Shown piece by piece: positions 46,161 to 59,828 of a stretch of 64,000 bases of DNA. The notes beneath the pieces are model-generated. The model was given only the letters and a program-made list of their open reading frames with translations, made no database searches and had not been told where the DNA came from. Numbering within the stretch: position 1 is the first letter of the stretch; each line of letters begins with the position of its first letter. Made by a program: the position numbers and the translations under genes. Location of the stretch: positions 69,998,001-70,062,000 of the forward strand of contig NC_042997.1 of assembly GCF_006345805.1 (NCBI RefSeq), in the 5' to 3' direction. Source of the DNA: Octopus sinensis. Its lineage: Eukaryota.

Positions 46161-46372
46161 TTTTCTACTATAGACATAAGGCCTGGAATTTGTGGAGCGG
46201 TGGGTAGTCGATTACATCGACCCCAGTACTTCATTGGTACTTATTTTATCGACCCCAAAAGGATGAGAGGCAAAGTCAACCTCATTGGAATTTGAACTCA
46301 GAACGTAGCAGCAAACGAAATACCGCTAAGCATGTTGCTTGGCGCTCTAACGATTCTGCCAGCTCGCCACCT
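46160..46372 (-). mobile_element. SINE family B
   Basis: Family body; preceded by (ACT)n(AAT)n. Confidence 0.85.
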
Positions 46373-46511
46373 TAGCAGCAGCAGCAGTAGCAGCAGCATT
46401 AGTAGTAGTAGTAGTAATGGTGTCAAATTTAGGCACAAAAACAAGAATTTCGATGAGTGCTTTGTTGAAACCATCGAGATCATTACATTATATATTTATA
46501 CATACATGCAT

Positions 46512-46638
<127 letters not shown>

Positions 46639-47162
46639 AAAGAGGTGACCCTTAACAGGACATCTTACATGATAGAAGGAACAGTCAAAATCTAAATCAC
46701 GGTTAATTTCGAAGGGAATGAAAAATAAAAATATTTTCAATAGTTACCACTTGTACCTAGGTTTCGGACATTAATTAACAAATAAAATAATATGTTTGTC
46801 TGTGTCCTTCATCAGCAAGGGCCGCTAGATAACATATACTTATGGGACAAGTTGAGAGTACATTTACCATCTTTATACACTTTAAGTTTTCAAATTCACC
46901 ATGCAAGCGCAGTTATCGTCGGCAGCAAACAGAACCCTTTTGTGCCGACTGCCTTCAAAATTACTAAAAATCATATTAAGAAAATATAGAGTAGAAGAGA
47001 CATTTTCTACCAGTGGCCTAGCATGCATGAAATAGTCAAGTAGACAACATATCTTTCAAATAAAAGTAGTGTACATTTATACACAAAAGAAGTGATCCTC
47101 AGCAGGACACCTTACATGCTAGAATGTATATATAATATTTGTATGCATATACACAATTGTAT

Positions 47163-47523
47163 AGGCGCAAGAGTGGCTGTGCAGTAAGAAGTCTGTTTCC
47201 CACAACATAGTTCCAGGTTCAGTCTCACTGCGTGGCACCTTGGGCAAGTGTCTTCTACTATAGCCTTGAGCCGACCAAAGCCTTGTGAGTGGATTTGGTT
47301 GATGGAAACTGAAAAAGTCCGTCGTATAGATCTGTTTGTGTGTCTGTGTTCCCCCTCCACAATCGCTTGATAACCGATGCTGGTGTGTTTACGCCCACAT
47401 AGCTTAGCGGTTCAGTAAAAGAGAGCCATAGAATAAATACTAGGTTTATAAAGAATAAGTCCTGGGGTCAATTCCAGCATGGTCGCAGTCAAAATGACTG
47501 AAACAAGTAAAAGAATGAAAGAA
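47163..47523 (+). mobile_element. tRNA-SINE family A
   Basis: GGCGCAAGAGTGGCTGTGCAGTAAG head, GGTTCAGTCTC B-box-like, tail GAAACAAGTAAAAGAATGAAAGAA. Confidence 0.9.
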
Positions 47524-47885
47524 TATCGAATACACAGATACATAGATACATAGATACATACATACATACATATATATATATATATATGTGTAAGGTGTCC
47601 TGCTGAGGATCACTTCTTTTGTGTATAAATGTACACTAATTTTATTTGAAAGATATGTTGTCTACTTGACTATTTCATGCATGCTAGGCCACTGGTAGAA
47701 AATGTCTCTTTTACTCTATATTTTCTTAATATGATTTTTAGTAATTTTGAAGGCAGTCGGCACAAAAGGGTTCTATTTGCTGCCGACGATAACTGCGCTT
47801 GCATGGTGAATTTGAAAACTTAAAGTGTATAAAGATGGTAAATGTACTCTCAACTTGTCCCATAAGTATATGTTATCTAGCGGCC

Positions 47886-47955
47886 CTTGCTGATGAAGGA
47901 CACAGACAAACATATTATTTTATTTGTTAATTAATGTCCGAAACCTAGGTACAAG
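47886..47955 (+). ncRNA. Minimal type I hammerhead ribozyme with long stem II (mirror on minus 46750-46819)
   Basis: CTTG-CTGATGA-A-GGACA...TGTCC-GAAA-CCTAGG-TA-CAAG; predicted cleavage after 47951. Confidence 0.88.
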
Positions 47956-48066
47956 TGGTAACTATTGAAAATATTTTTATTTTTCATTCCCTTCGAAATT
48001 AACCGTGATTTAGATTTTGACTGTTCCTTCTATCATGTAAGATGTCCTGTTAAGGGTCACCTCTTT

Positions 48067-48172
<106 letters not shown>

Positions 48173-49119
48173 GTGTGTGTGTGTGTGTGCGTGCGCGTGT
48201 GTGTGTACACACACATATATTATGAATGAATATGTGTATGAGTGTCTGTGTGTATGTATGTGTTGAATGTAAAGCTATATACGCCCAGGGCGAATCCTTT
48301 GGTCTTTGTCAAGCATCCCACTTGGGGAAGGCTAACTCGTAGATAAAACCGGCTGTTCTTGCACTGTACTTGTCTCTGGGTTCCTTGCTATTGCTTGTGT
48401 GAGTAGTTGTGTTGTGCAAGCCACATTCGGCTTAAAACCCTTGCACGGGTATTATTGACACTTGTCAGATATGGTTATGCTCGCCTAACGAGTTAACAGC
48501 TATCATATATTGCTATAATGGGGAATTCATTGGAAACAACGGTAAAAATAATGTTCAGTTTCTCTTTAGTTCTTATAGTCGGTAAAGAAGGCTATCTCCT
48601 TAATTCTTTTTAGGCCTCCGAGATTGATGGAAGTGAGAGATGCCAGTCTAGAAAATATTTCAACTCAAACTACAATTGTAAACTGCCACTAGCTACCAAA
48701 GTTTACTGCAATTACCAGCTGGACACACTGACCCAAAGCAGTTGTTCTCACGTTTTGATGTATCACAGCTCTCTATGTAAGATGATCGGATGAGATTTAC
48801 TCTTGGTAATCAGTAAAAAAAGAGAACGAAGTGTGACTAGTGGGGAATCTGAAAGGGTATAAAAATGGATAAGGCTATAAGTACTCACTTTTATTACTAT
48901 GATAAAAATGTTCATGATAATACTAATAATAATCTGGGTCCAATCCCAATCAACATTTCCTACGGTTAAAGGATTTTAGCGTTAACTACTCTGTCTTTCT
49001 TATTTTTTTCAGTTATTATGTAACCACAACTACATTAACAACCCATATATCCTGATATTTTGAAACTTTGCATAAGAAGGATTCCTCGTTGACTCGTTGA
49101 CTCATATTGTATTGTAGAA

Positions 49120-49366
49120 CAGTGGTTCTCAACCTGGGTCCACATGGCCTTTGTGGGTCCATATAAGATTTTGTTGTTAAAATACATCTGCAATAAATAG
49201 GTTATTTCCAGAATTCACAAAATATTTAAACATTTTAAAAATACAATTTGTAATGATATCTAATTATAGAAGTAAAATATGAGTTTTTAAACATTGAAAG
49301 GCTATGAGGGTCCATCCGAATAGGAATCAAAGGCGTTTATAGGTAAGAAATGGTCGAGAGACTCTG
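49120..49366. mobile_element. hAT-type MITE (same family as 16095)
   Basis: CAGTGGTTCTCAACC left end; internal similarity to 16095-16346. Confidence 0.75.
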
Positions 49367-49919
49367 GCATGAAGGATAATTATCCGCCCTGAATTAGGAT
49401 TTGCGCCCTGATTCTCCGCTTATTAAGATCTTCATGTTACCCATATTGGCCATGCAGCAACAGCTTCAAATCCATATTTAATAACTTAGGTACAGATATC
49501 TACAGGAATGATGGTCTAGCTACCTCTAAACAGTTGATCATTTATTTAAAATGAGGAAAGACATTTTTACAGACACAATGTAATCAGTAACGCATTATCC
49601 TATCTCCAGATTTAATTAGTTTGATGTGATTGAAGTGAGATTTGACTGCTATATGTAGCAGATTCAACGACTGCATAGAAGCTCCTTCATTTGTTTGATG
49701 GTACAAAAAGGGGAAGGCAGCGCAGGACATTATAGAAAGGTGACTGATATAATCCAACTTTCCACATGAATTTTTATAAAGACTTGTTTTCAAATACATA
49801 TCTTAAAACAAACACCCACTTCACTTCAGGTCAGGGGCAAAAAATATTTTCTGTAAAAAAAATAGAAACAAAGGAAAAGGATATTGGGAAAGTGAAAGTA
49901 GAATAGATATCTAACACAA

Positions 49920-49962
49920 ACATACACGCACGCACACACACACACACACATACACACACTCA

Positions 49963-50004
<42 letters not shown>

Positions 50005-50361
50005 CTTACATATACATGCGCGCCCGAACACATGACGAAAAACTACAAATAAAGACATAATAAAAATACGAACATACAGAATGAATGTTTCCAAATATAG
50101 AAAGGGAATTTGTTGCTGTAGATAAAGACAAAGATTTTCTATGAATAATAAGAAAAAGATAATCTTACATAGATAGACAACAATGAAACGAAAGAAAAGA
50201 AATAAAATAAAAGGGGGAAAAACCGGCCTTGCAAACACGTACTACTGGCATGTTTACACGAATGTATTGATAAAGCAAGCTCTTGTTTATCTACTGGTAT
50301 GCAAACAATTAGAGAATACACGTGCATATATAATATATATATAATATATATATATACACAG

Positions 50362-50393
<32 letters not shown>

Positions 50394-50498
50394 TATATAT
50401 ATATATATGCGCGCGTGTGTGTATATATATATATATATACCTATATATACATATACCATGCATACATATATATATATAATATATAGACATACATACAT

Positions 50499-50536
<38 letters not shown>

Positions 50537-50644
50537 AAAAGTGATATACGGATATATACATAAAATTATATACATATTTATATACAAACACACACACACG
50601 GACACACACACACACACACACACACACACCACACACACACATAT

Positions 50645-50732
<88 letters not shown>

Positions 50733-50967
50733 AATTAGTGTATAAGTGTATCTCGGATTCCAGTGTGTTGACATCAGTATTATTCCTTTATTGAAGTTAT
50801 ACATATACTTATACTTACATAAATTTTCCATGTGCTCGTTAAATTTGTTATATGCATGCTTGTATACACACAGAGCACCACACACAAAGACACACATGAA
50901 CAACACACATCTACAAATTTACTTACATAGGTTTGTATATGTAGCCTTCTTATCTACCTATCTGTCC

Positions 50968-51019
<52 letters not shown>

Positions 51020-51029
51020 CTATCCATCC

Positions 51030-51096
<67 letters not shown>

Positions 51097-51397
51097 CACC
51101 TATCTATACCTATATATGTATGCATACACACACATATACACACAGGCAGACATGTATATTTATGCGCGTGTGTGTATGTGTTCTTGACAAAATAGTTTTT
51201 ATTTGCATATATATGTATACATACATACATACATATATATAATATATATATATATATTATATATCATATATATATATAGACACACACGCGCACACACATA
51301 TATATAATGTATTTATAAATACTTACATGTATGCACATGCATACATACATAGATACATACATACATATATACATACATACATACATACATACATACA

Positions 51398-51445
<48 letters not shown>

Positions 51446-51470
51446 CACATACGTACAACATACACACAGA
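49920..51470. repeat. Compound microsatellite field (TA, CA, GATA, TACA)
   Basis: Direct. Confidence 0.9.
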
Positions 51471-51829
51471 GAGGAACATACATGTATAGTTGTCTCCAAT
51501 CATATTTTTCCATGATTATATTGAAGATTCTTTTTCTGCTAAGTAAATATATTTTGTTCTCCTTCTCTATCTTACCTGTTTATTCCATATAAACTTACCC
51601 TGATAGAAAAAACAAGAATCCGACACACACAATCGGAATATTAACCCAAAATATTATCAAATTGACTCTCATAGCCATATGTACATTACATTAATTATTA
51701 CCACAATGTCAGCATCAGCTAAACCTCTACTTACTTGCTAATGCGGCTAGAATTAGCAGTAAAAATTTCTCTCGTATCACACCCTACTGTTTTCTGCATT
51801 TGATAGCTTAATGGACTTCTTGCATCTCT

Positions 51830-53200
51830 ATGACGGTTATGCTAAAAGCTACGGCTTTAAGTCCAACACAAAACTTACGTCTAGTTTTTCAAAAACTAGC
51901 GTTGAATGTTTGGACACAAAGTTAAGTTTTCTGGAGGCAGAATAGTGACAGAGTTTTTTTGCAAGCCCACGTTATCCCACATTTATCTCCACCGCCGTTC
52001 CGATCATCCACATCTTATTATTCGGTCAAATCCGAAATCCCAATTTTTGAGGATAAAACGGATTTGTACTGACATAGAGGATTACTGGAAATATGCAAAT
52101 GCTTTTGTACATCATTGTGTCAAACGCGGTTACAGTGAATGACGATTAAAGGATATAGCAAATGAAATAGCTGAGATTAGCAAAGATAGTCAAACCTTCA
52201 CGCATAATCTTAGCAAACACAATACAATAGATGACAGAATTCCTTTAGTGATTAACTGGCATCGAAATTTCACCAGCATTTCAAAAGTGTTGCATGAAAG
52301 TTACCAGCATGTAGCGAAAAAGTATCTTCGTTTCAAACAGATATTTCCTCAACCGCCTATTGTAGCCTTTAGACAGAATAAGAATATAATAGGATTATTG
52401 ACCTCTATTTCTGACTCCAAGAAAACGAACATAGGAGTATCTGTACACTGTACCTTGAAAAACAGCCGCAAGAGAGGTAAGCCCTGTTCATTGTGCAACA
52501 ACATGAGTCTAGTGAATTCCATCAGGAATCATAACAGTAATGTTATGATTTATACACAAGGTGAGACATGTAGAGATTCCCATTTGGTGTACGTAGTAGA
52601 ACGTACAAAACACAATCTGATTTATGTTGGTTGTACAACAGAACAATTAAACAAAAGATTTAATGGGCACAGCTTCGACATCAGGAACAATAACCGTAGT
52701 TCGACAGAACTTGCTGAACATTTCGTTTGAAACGGCTGCAATTTTGAAAAAGACTTGAAAGTGCATATTCTCAGAAAATATTCTGAATCTGCTTCACTTT
52801 CACTTCTCAGAATGCATGAGGAGAAATATGTTTTCGAATTATTAACTTCACGCCCTGGTGGAATGAATAAAATGACTTGAGAATATCATCAAATTTATGC
52901 AAAACTGTTTGATTAAATATGCTTCTTTTGCCTTTTCTTTTTTCTTTCCTTTTTTTTTTTTGTCTTTTTTCTGCCTTTATCTTTTCGCCTATTATAAAAT
53001 CGAAACTTAATGACCGATGATGCCATTCCATCATGTGGACGCTGGTTGCTTTCGTTCATACTTTAAATTTAAATTTCTATAATTTAGAATATTTATCACC
53101 TCTTATTTTGAACTTGACAAAGACAGACTTACTGTCGAAATATCGTTCAACCAATAAAATATCTCTTACAATCAAATCACGCTCTTCGTCTTGACTGATT
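51830..53200 (+). mobile_element. Penelope-like element 3' half (RT thumb, Cys linker, GIY-YIG, 3' hammerhead), pseudogenised
   Basis: KPTLSHIYLHRRSDHP..PKSQFLRIKRICT..RGY; PPIVAFR; KPCSLC; LVYVV..IYVGCTTEQLNKRFNGH..LAEHF; stops at 52140 and 52728. Confidence 0.92.
53108..53150 (+). ncRNA. Variant minimal hammerhead in PLE 3' region
   Basis: TTGAAC-TTGACAA-A-GACAG(actta)CTGTC-GAAA-TA-TC-GTTCAA: perfect 6-bp stem I and 5-bp stem II, core deviates from CTGANGA. Confidence 0.7.
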
Positions 53201-53244
53201 ACCTTTAAAAAAGAACCCACAACAACAACAACAATAACAATTAT

Positions 53245-53343
53245 AATCCTTTCTACTGAAGGATTTGGTGGGAGGGAATTAGTCGATTACATCGACAAAA
53301 TGCGTTTCACTCGGCGTGCAAACGATTCAATTTGCTCGCCGCC

Positions 53344-53408
<65 letters not shown>

Positions 53409-54106
53409 GATGATATGATGATGATGATGATGATGATGATATGATAAAATATAATAATAATAATAATAACAACAACAGCAACATCAACAACAACAACAAT
53501 AATAATAATAATCTTTTCTACACTGAAGCACAAGGCCCGAAACTATTGGGGAGGTAGCCAGTCGATTTGATCGACCCTAGCACGCAATTGGTACTTAATT
53601 TATCAACTCCGAAAGGATGAAAGGCAAAGTCGATCTCAGCAGAATTTGAATTCGGACAGTAAAGACGAAATACCGCTAAGCATTTCGCCCGGCGTGCTAA
53701 CGTTTCTTATTACTTTATTGCCCACAAGGGGCTAAACATTAGAGGGGGCAAACAAAGACAAACAAAGAGATTAAGTTGATTACACCGACCCAGTGCGTAA
53801 TTGGTACTTAATTTATAGACCCCGAAAGGATGAAAGGCAAAATCAGCCTCGGCGGAATTTGAACTCAGAACGTAACGGCAGACGAAATGCCTATTTCTTT
53901 ACTACCCACAAGGACAAACAAGGACAGACAAACGGATTAAGCCGATTATATCGACCCCAGTGCGTAACTGGTACTTATTTAATCGACCCCGAAAGGATGA
54001 AAGGCAAAGTCGATCTCGGCGGAATTTGAACTCAGAACGTAACGGCAGGCGAAATACCGCTAAGCATTTCGCCCGGCGTGCTAACGTTTCTGCCAGCTCG
54101 CCGCCC

Positions 54107-54107
<1 letters not shown>
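53245..54107 (-). mobile_element. Stack of nested/tandem SINE-B copies separated by (AAT)n
   Basis: CCGAAAGGATGAAAGGCAAA recurs at ~53609, 53822 and 53989; heads end at 53345 and 54107. Confidence 0.9.
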
Positions 54108-54144
<37 letters not shown>

Positions 54145-54167
54145 TAATAATAATAATAATAATAAAA

Positions 54168-54739
54168 GCCCTGATGCAGTAAATGCCCTGATGCAGTACC
54201 AGACAGTGGCTCTCGTGGCTTCTGATCTTAACTGATTGGAAGTGTTATCATGTACATTGTTTTGTCTTGGTATAAAAAATGGGCTACAGCAAATATTCTG
54301 CTCAATACCACAGATTTGCTTGTCACTTGTTTGACCTTAACCAGTTGAGCATATCCCTTAATGGCTGACGATATGTACATCTCTGATTACGAGCAGAAGT
54401 AGTTGGGGAGCATCATAGCCATGTGTTGAGAGGAGTTATTTGGGGTTTGAATAATTGACCTCTGGAAACATGCGTGTTTCGTTCATCACCCTTAAACAAA
54501 CCTTATTCAGGGATCTTTTGAGCGGGTTTGGGTTACTCGACCTGAAGAAAATTCTAACTGAGACCCACCTGCAAGGTCATGCGCTGTTTATCTTGATATG
54601 ATATAACCATGTCGCGCACATATGGTTGTGATGCATGTGCCTAGAGTGTCTTTATCAGACGGGTAGTCATGATGGGTATATTGGGCTTCGTATATTTTAC
54701 CCCAGTGTCACTTTGATGGCATGCACTGCCCTTTCACTC
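54168..54739 (+). mobile_element. Family D element, full length, in (AAT)n
   Basis: AAT tracts on both sides; left-end GCCCTGATGCAGTA duplicated (54168, 54185). Confidence 0.88.
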
Positions 54740-54763
54740 AATGATGATGATGATAATATAATA

Positions 54764-54809
<46 letters not shown>

Positions 54810-54854
54810 TATAATAATAATAATAATAATAATAGTAATAATAATAATAATAAT

Positions 54855-55405
54855 ATTTTCTGCTATAGGTACAAGGCCTGAAAGATTGTGCTAGGGCGCT
54901 AAACAATTGCATCGACCCCCTGGTAACTAGTTTATCGACCCCGAAAGGATGAAAGGTAAAGTCGACCGCAGCAGAATTTGAACTCAGCGGCCGAAATACC
55001 GCTAAGCATTTCGTCCGGCGTGCTAACGGTTCTGCTACCATACCGCCTTAATAATAATGATAACAAAAGAAGAAGAAGAAGAAGAAGAAGAAGAAGAAGA
55101 ATTAAGAAGAAGAAGAAGAAGAAAAGAAGAAGAAGAAGAAGAAGAAGAAGAAGAAGAAGAAGAAGAAGAAGAAGAGAAGAAGAAGAAGAAGAATCCTTTG
55201 TACTATAGGCTGAAGGCCTGAAATTTACGGGAAGGGTTAAGTCGATTATATCGACACCAGGAATTAACTGGTAATTATTTTATCGAAACCGAAAGGACGA
55301 AAGACAGGGTCCATCGGAGGAATTTGAACTCAGATAGTGAAGATTGAGGAAATGTCGCTAAGCATCTTTTCCCGCTTTATAACCATTCTACCAGCTTGCC
55401 GTCTT
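54855..55405 (-). mobile_element. Two SINE-B copies separated by (AAG)n
   Basis: 54855-55048 and 55193-55405; (AAG)n at 55068-55192. Confidence 0.8.
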
Positions 55406-55423
55406 AAACCAACAACAACAACA

Positions 55424-55490
<67 letters not shown>

Positions 55491-55511
55491 TTACTACTAC
55501 CGCTGCTGCTG

Positions 55512-55553
<42 letters not shown>

Positions 55554-55554
55554 T

Positions 55555-55630
<76 letters not shown>

Positions 55631-55670
55631 AATATTAATAATAATATTAATAATGATAATAATAATGATA

Positions 55671-56357
55671 ATCGATCATGTTGTCTCCAATGCAATCTTC
55701 TTGCGCCTAGAGAGTATCTCAACAGGCATGACAGAGCAGCACAATCTATTCACTGGGTAACCTGGACCTACCCCATAAGAAAAACTAGTGGGAACACAAA
55801 CCACCTCCAGTGCTTGAAAATGTTCACATGATACACCTCTGGAATTTCACCATTTAAACTGACAGAAAGATAAATGCGAATAGGCCAGACATATTGAAAG
55901 ACTTCAGACAAAAATCAAGCCTCCTCTTTGATATAACTGTCGCAATCAACATAAATATATCTGTCAATACCTACTGAGCAAGTATAAAGATCTTGAAATA
56001 GAAATTGGCAAAATGTGGAACCTGAAAACTAGAACAATACTAGTATAGAAATGATAGCAAAAGGGGCCGATTCCTACTTAGCTCAGATACCAGAAAACTA
56101 CAAAATGGCAGATAGTGCTCATGGGAACTGCCCATATCCTACATAAAATACTGCATATGTAATCTCAAGTTTTAAAACAAATATTCTTATCGTTTCTTAA
56201 ACATTCTCTAGAACAATACCAAATATATGTGCAAAACCAAATATATAACACTTCAAGCATAACACCTACTTGAACTTCTAACTCGTTGTCTCTTGAGGTC
56301 TCTGGGTGAAGCTTAGAGTCAACTTCTTACAAATAAAAAGCAAAAGTCAAACATATA
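55671..56357 (+). mobile_element. 5'-truncated decayed copy of the intact R4/Dong family
   Basis: Collinear with 13056-13807 (LLAPREYLNRHDRAAQ.IHWV; 3' end TCTCTTGAGGTCTCTGGGTGA...GCAAAAGTCAAACATA); preceded by (ACT)n(AAT)n. Confidence 0.92.
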
Positions 56358-56742
56358 ATCCATTTTTCCTCACAGTTTTTTATTTCATGCCGACATAATT
56401 TCTCGAAATTATGGAAGTTAACTAGACCCATTTCTGCCTCCAAAATTGAAATGAAACTTTCTTGGTCGACCCATGGTGCTGGGTCTTCCTCTTTTGCACA
56501 AACACACAATCACAAAGACATACATACACGAACGTTAAACATACCATACAAATCCGAAGTGAAGTGAGTGTTTGTTTTAAGTAGTTATATTTATTTATGT
56601 GAAACGAAGAAATTTGGTTCATGTTAACGGTCTGAATAACCAAACACAGACCCTCAGAAACTGTTAAAATTTACATAATTTTATGCAGTTTTCTAACTTT
56701 ATCACTCTTTTTGTTTATATATATATATCCACCTATTTGTGC

Positions 56743-56834
<92 letters not shown>

Positions 56835-57538
56835 CCTATCTACCTATCTATCTATCTATCTATTGCTCTCTCTCTCTCTATCTCTCGCGCTCTCTATGTA
56901 TTTATGTGTGTGTGTGAATATATGTCAACACACACTCATATATGAACCATGCTCCCGTCTTATAAAAATCCACTCAATAAACGAAAAATCCCAGTTATCT
57001 TAGTAACTGTTATATCTAGTGGAGTGCATCCCACTCCTTCATTAGGAATCCATTTGCAATGATACAACTAAGCATAGGAAAATCGTTTAAATTCTGGAAA
57101 ATTCCCCTACGCTGTTAATCGTTACTTAATCAAGCATTACACTTTACTTCACGACTGTCACACAGGATGTCAATTTAATAATCAACATCAGATTTACGGC
57201 TCTCCCTCAGACACAACAATTCTTATTACAGCTATGCTTGCGACTTCTCTTGAACTTGAGCAAAGCAAATTATAAGTAAATAAATATATATATAAAAAAT
57301 GAATTTTAAAAAGCAAATGAATCAATTGGACATCCCATCCACTTTTCTCATGATAGCACAGCCATCCACTACTATAATAATGAATGGACTGATGGTTCAT
57401 TCATTGTCATCTTAATAGTTTCTCAAATGTCCATAAAATAAACGCACTCACACACACATTCACGCACACAAAAGTATGTTCATCTATCTAACTAGCTACC
57501 AATCTGTCTATCTGTCTGTATTTCTCCTTCATCTCTCT

Positions 57539-57577
<39 letters not shown>

Positions 57578-57578
<1 letters not shown>

Positions 57579-58145
57579 GGTTAAGTAATTGAGATTCTAG
57601 TGAATTCTAAAGAATTCACATGAATATGGTCCTTAACTAGGATGCACCGGAAATCTATATGGTGTTAACCATACGACAAGTGGGGTGATTACAAATAGGA
57701 AAAAAGTAACAAGAATGGATTAAAATCTCGGTACGATCGTTTCGTACGAGGACATCTTTAATAAGCTACAAAAAATGCAGTGAATACAGATGGCTCGTAC
57801 TCGTCAGCCGAAAAAACATCAGAGAATTCCCAAACATCAAAAGGGGTAGATACAAAAGAGGTTGTAAGATTAGCTGCATTGAAGAAAGTTCGATTCATGG
57901 AGATCCGATGAAAGGTTTTAAACCTATAGAATTTATGCATGTCTCCATGAATCGAACTTTCTTCAATGCAGCTAATCTTACAACCTCTTTTGTATCTACC
58001 CCTTTTGATGTTTGGGAATTCTCTGATGTTTTTTCGGCTGACGAGTACGAGCCATCTGTATTCACTGCATTTTTTGTAGCTTATTAAAGATGTCCTCGTA
58101 CGAAACGATCGTACCGAGATTTTAATCCATTCTTGTTGCTTTTTT

Positions 58146-58150
<5 letters not shown>
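57578..58150. mobile_element. Fold-back hammerhead element (family H2) in (TA)n
   Basis: Arms ~57695-57903 / 57943-58150 (one mismatch seen), ~39-nt loop, ~115-bp tail on the left, TA runs on both sides. Confidence 0.9.
58033..58118 (+). ncRNA. Minimal type I hammerhead ribozyme with extended stem II (mirror on minus 57727-57812)
   Basis: TTCGG-CTGACGA-GTACGAG...CTCGTAC-GAAA-CGATCG-TA-CCGAG; predicted cleavage after 58113. Confidence 0.9.
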
Positions 58151-58180
<30 letters not shown>

Positions 58181-58417
58181 TAAGCAATAAGGGTTTAGCA
58201 ACGAGTTGCCTTACCACATACCGAATTTAGAAATAGCAGTCAAAGGGTTATAGCTATTTCTTCTACTATTTCTTCTACTATATATATATAACTCTGAGTA
58301 ATAGCTTTTGCAATATTTCTGCTGCTTTTAAATAAAGCATATTACTCTACCTCTGGTATATATATATATATATATATATAAGGAGAGAGATGAGGGAGAA
58401 ATATATATAAATATATA

Positions 58418-58856
58418 CTCTTTTACTCTTTTACTATTTTACTTGTTTCAATCATTTGGATGTGTCCATGCTGGAGCACTGCCTTTAGTCGATCGAGCAA
58501 ATCGATCCCAGGACTTATTCTTTGTAAGCCTAATACTTATTGTATCGGTCTCTTTTGCCGAACCGCTAAGTTACGGGGACGTAAACACACAACATCGGTT
58601 GTCAAGCGATGTTATGGGTGGGGGGCGGGAGGCAAACACAGACACACAAACATATACACACATACATACATATATATATACATCTACATATATACGAAGG
58701 GCTTCTTTCAGTTTCCGTCTACCAAATCCATTCACATGGCTTGGGCACCCCGAGGCTATAGTAGAAGAAACTTGCCCAAGGTGCCACGCAGTGGGACTGA
58801 ACACGGAACCATGTAGTTGGTAAGCAAGCTACTTACCTCACAGCCACTCCTGCGCC
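58418..58856 (-). mobile_element. tRNA-SINE family A, full length
   Basis: Minus head GGCGCAGGAGTGGCTGTGAGGTAAGTAGC; tail AGTAAAAGAGTAAAAGAG. Confidence 0.9.
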
Positions 58857-58892
58857 TATATATATAATACATATATACATATATATATATAT

Positions 58893-58944
<52 letters not shown>

Positions 58945-58952
58945 ATAATAAA

Positions 58953-59640
<688 letters not shown>

Positions 59641-59644
59641 GGTA

Positions 59645-59795
59645 CTTTCAGTTTCCGTCTACGAAATCCACTCACAAGGCTTTCGTCGCCCCGAGGCTAG
59701 ATTAGAAGACATTTGCCCAAGGTGCCACGCAATGGAGCCGAACCCGGAACCATGCGGTTGGAAAGAAAGCTACTTATCACACACCCACTCCTGTG

Positions 59796-59797
<2 letters not shown>
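59645..59797 (-). mobile_element. SINE-A 5' part
   Basis: TTTCAGTTTCCGTCTAC..TGCCCAAGGTGCCACGC..CCACTCCTGTGC. Confidence 0.8.

Positions 59798-59828
<31 letters not shown>

Noticed and set aside
49490-49525. IYRNDGLA resembling the PLE RT motif YRDDG
   Set aside because: Too short to support alone.
54185-54245. Resemblance of the family D left end to U2 snRNA pieces (CCTGGTACTGCA, ATCAGTTAAGATC on minus)
   Set aside because: Matches are short and gapped; no Sm site or overall collinearity evident.
57758-58201. 147-aa ORF across the H2 hairpin
   Set aside because: Starts in flank and (TA)n, crosses a palindrome, no domain; by-product of the inverted repeat.
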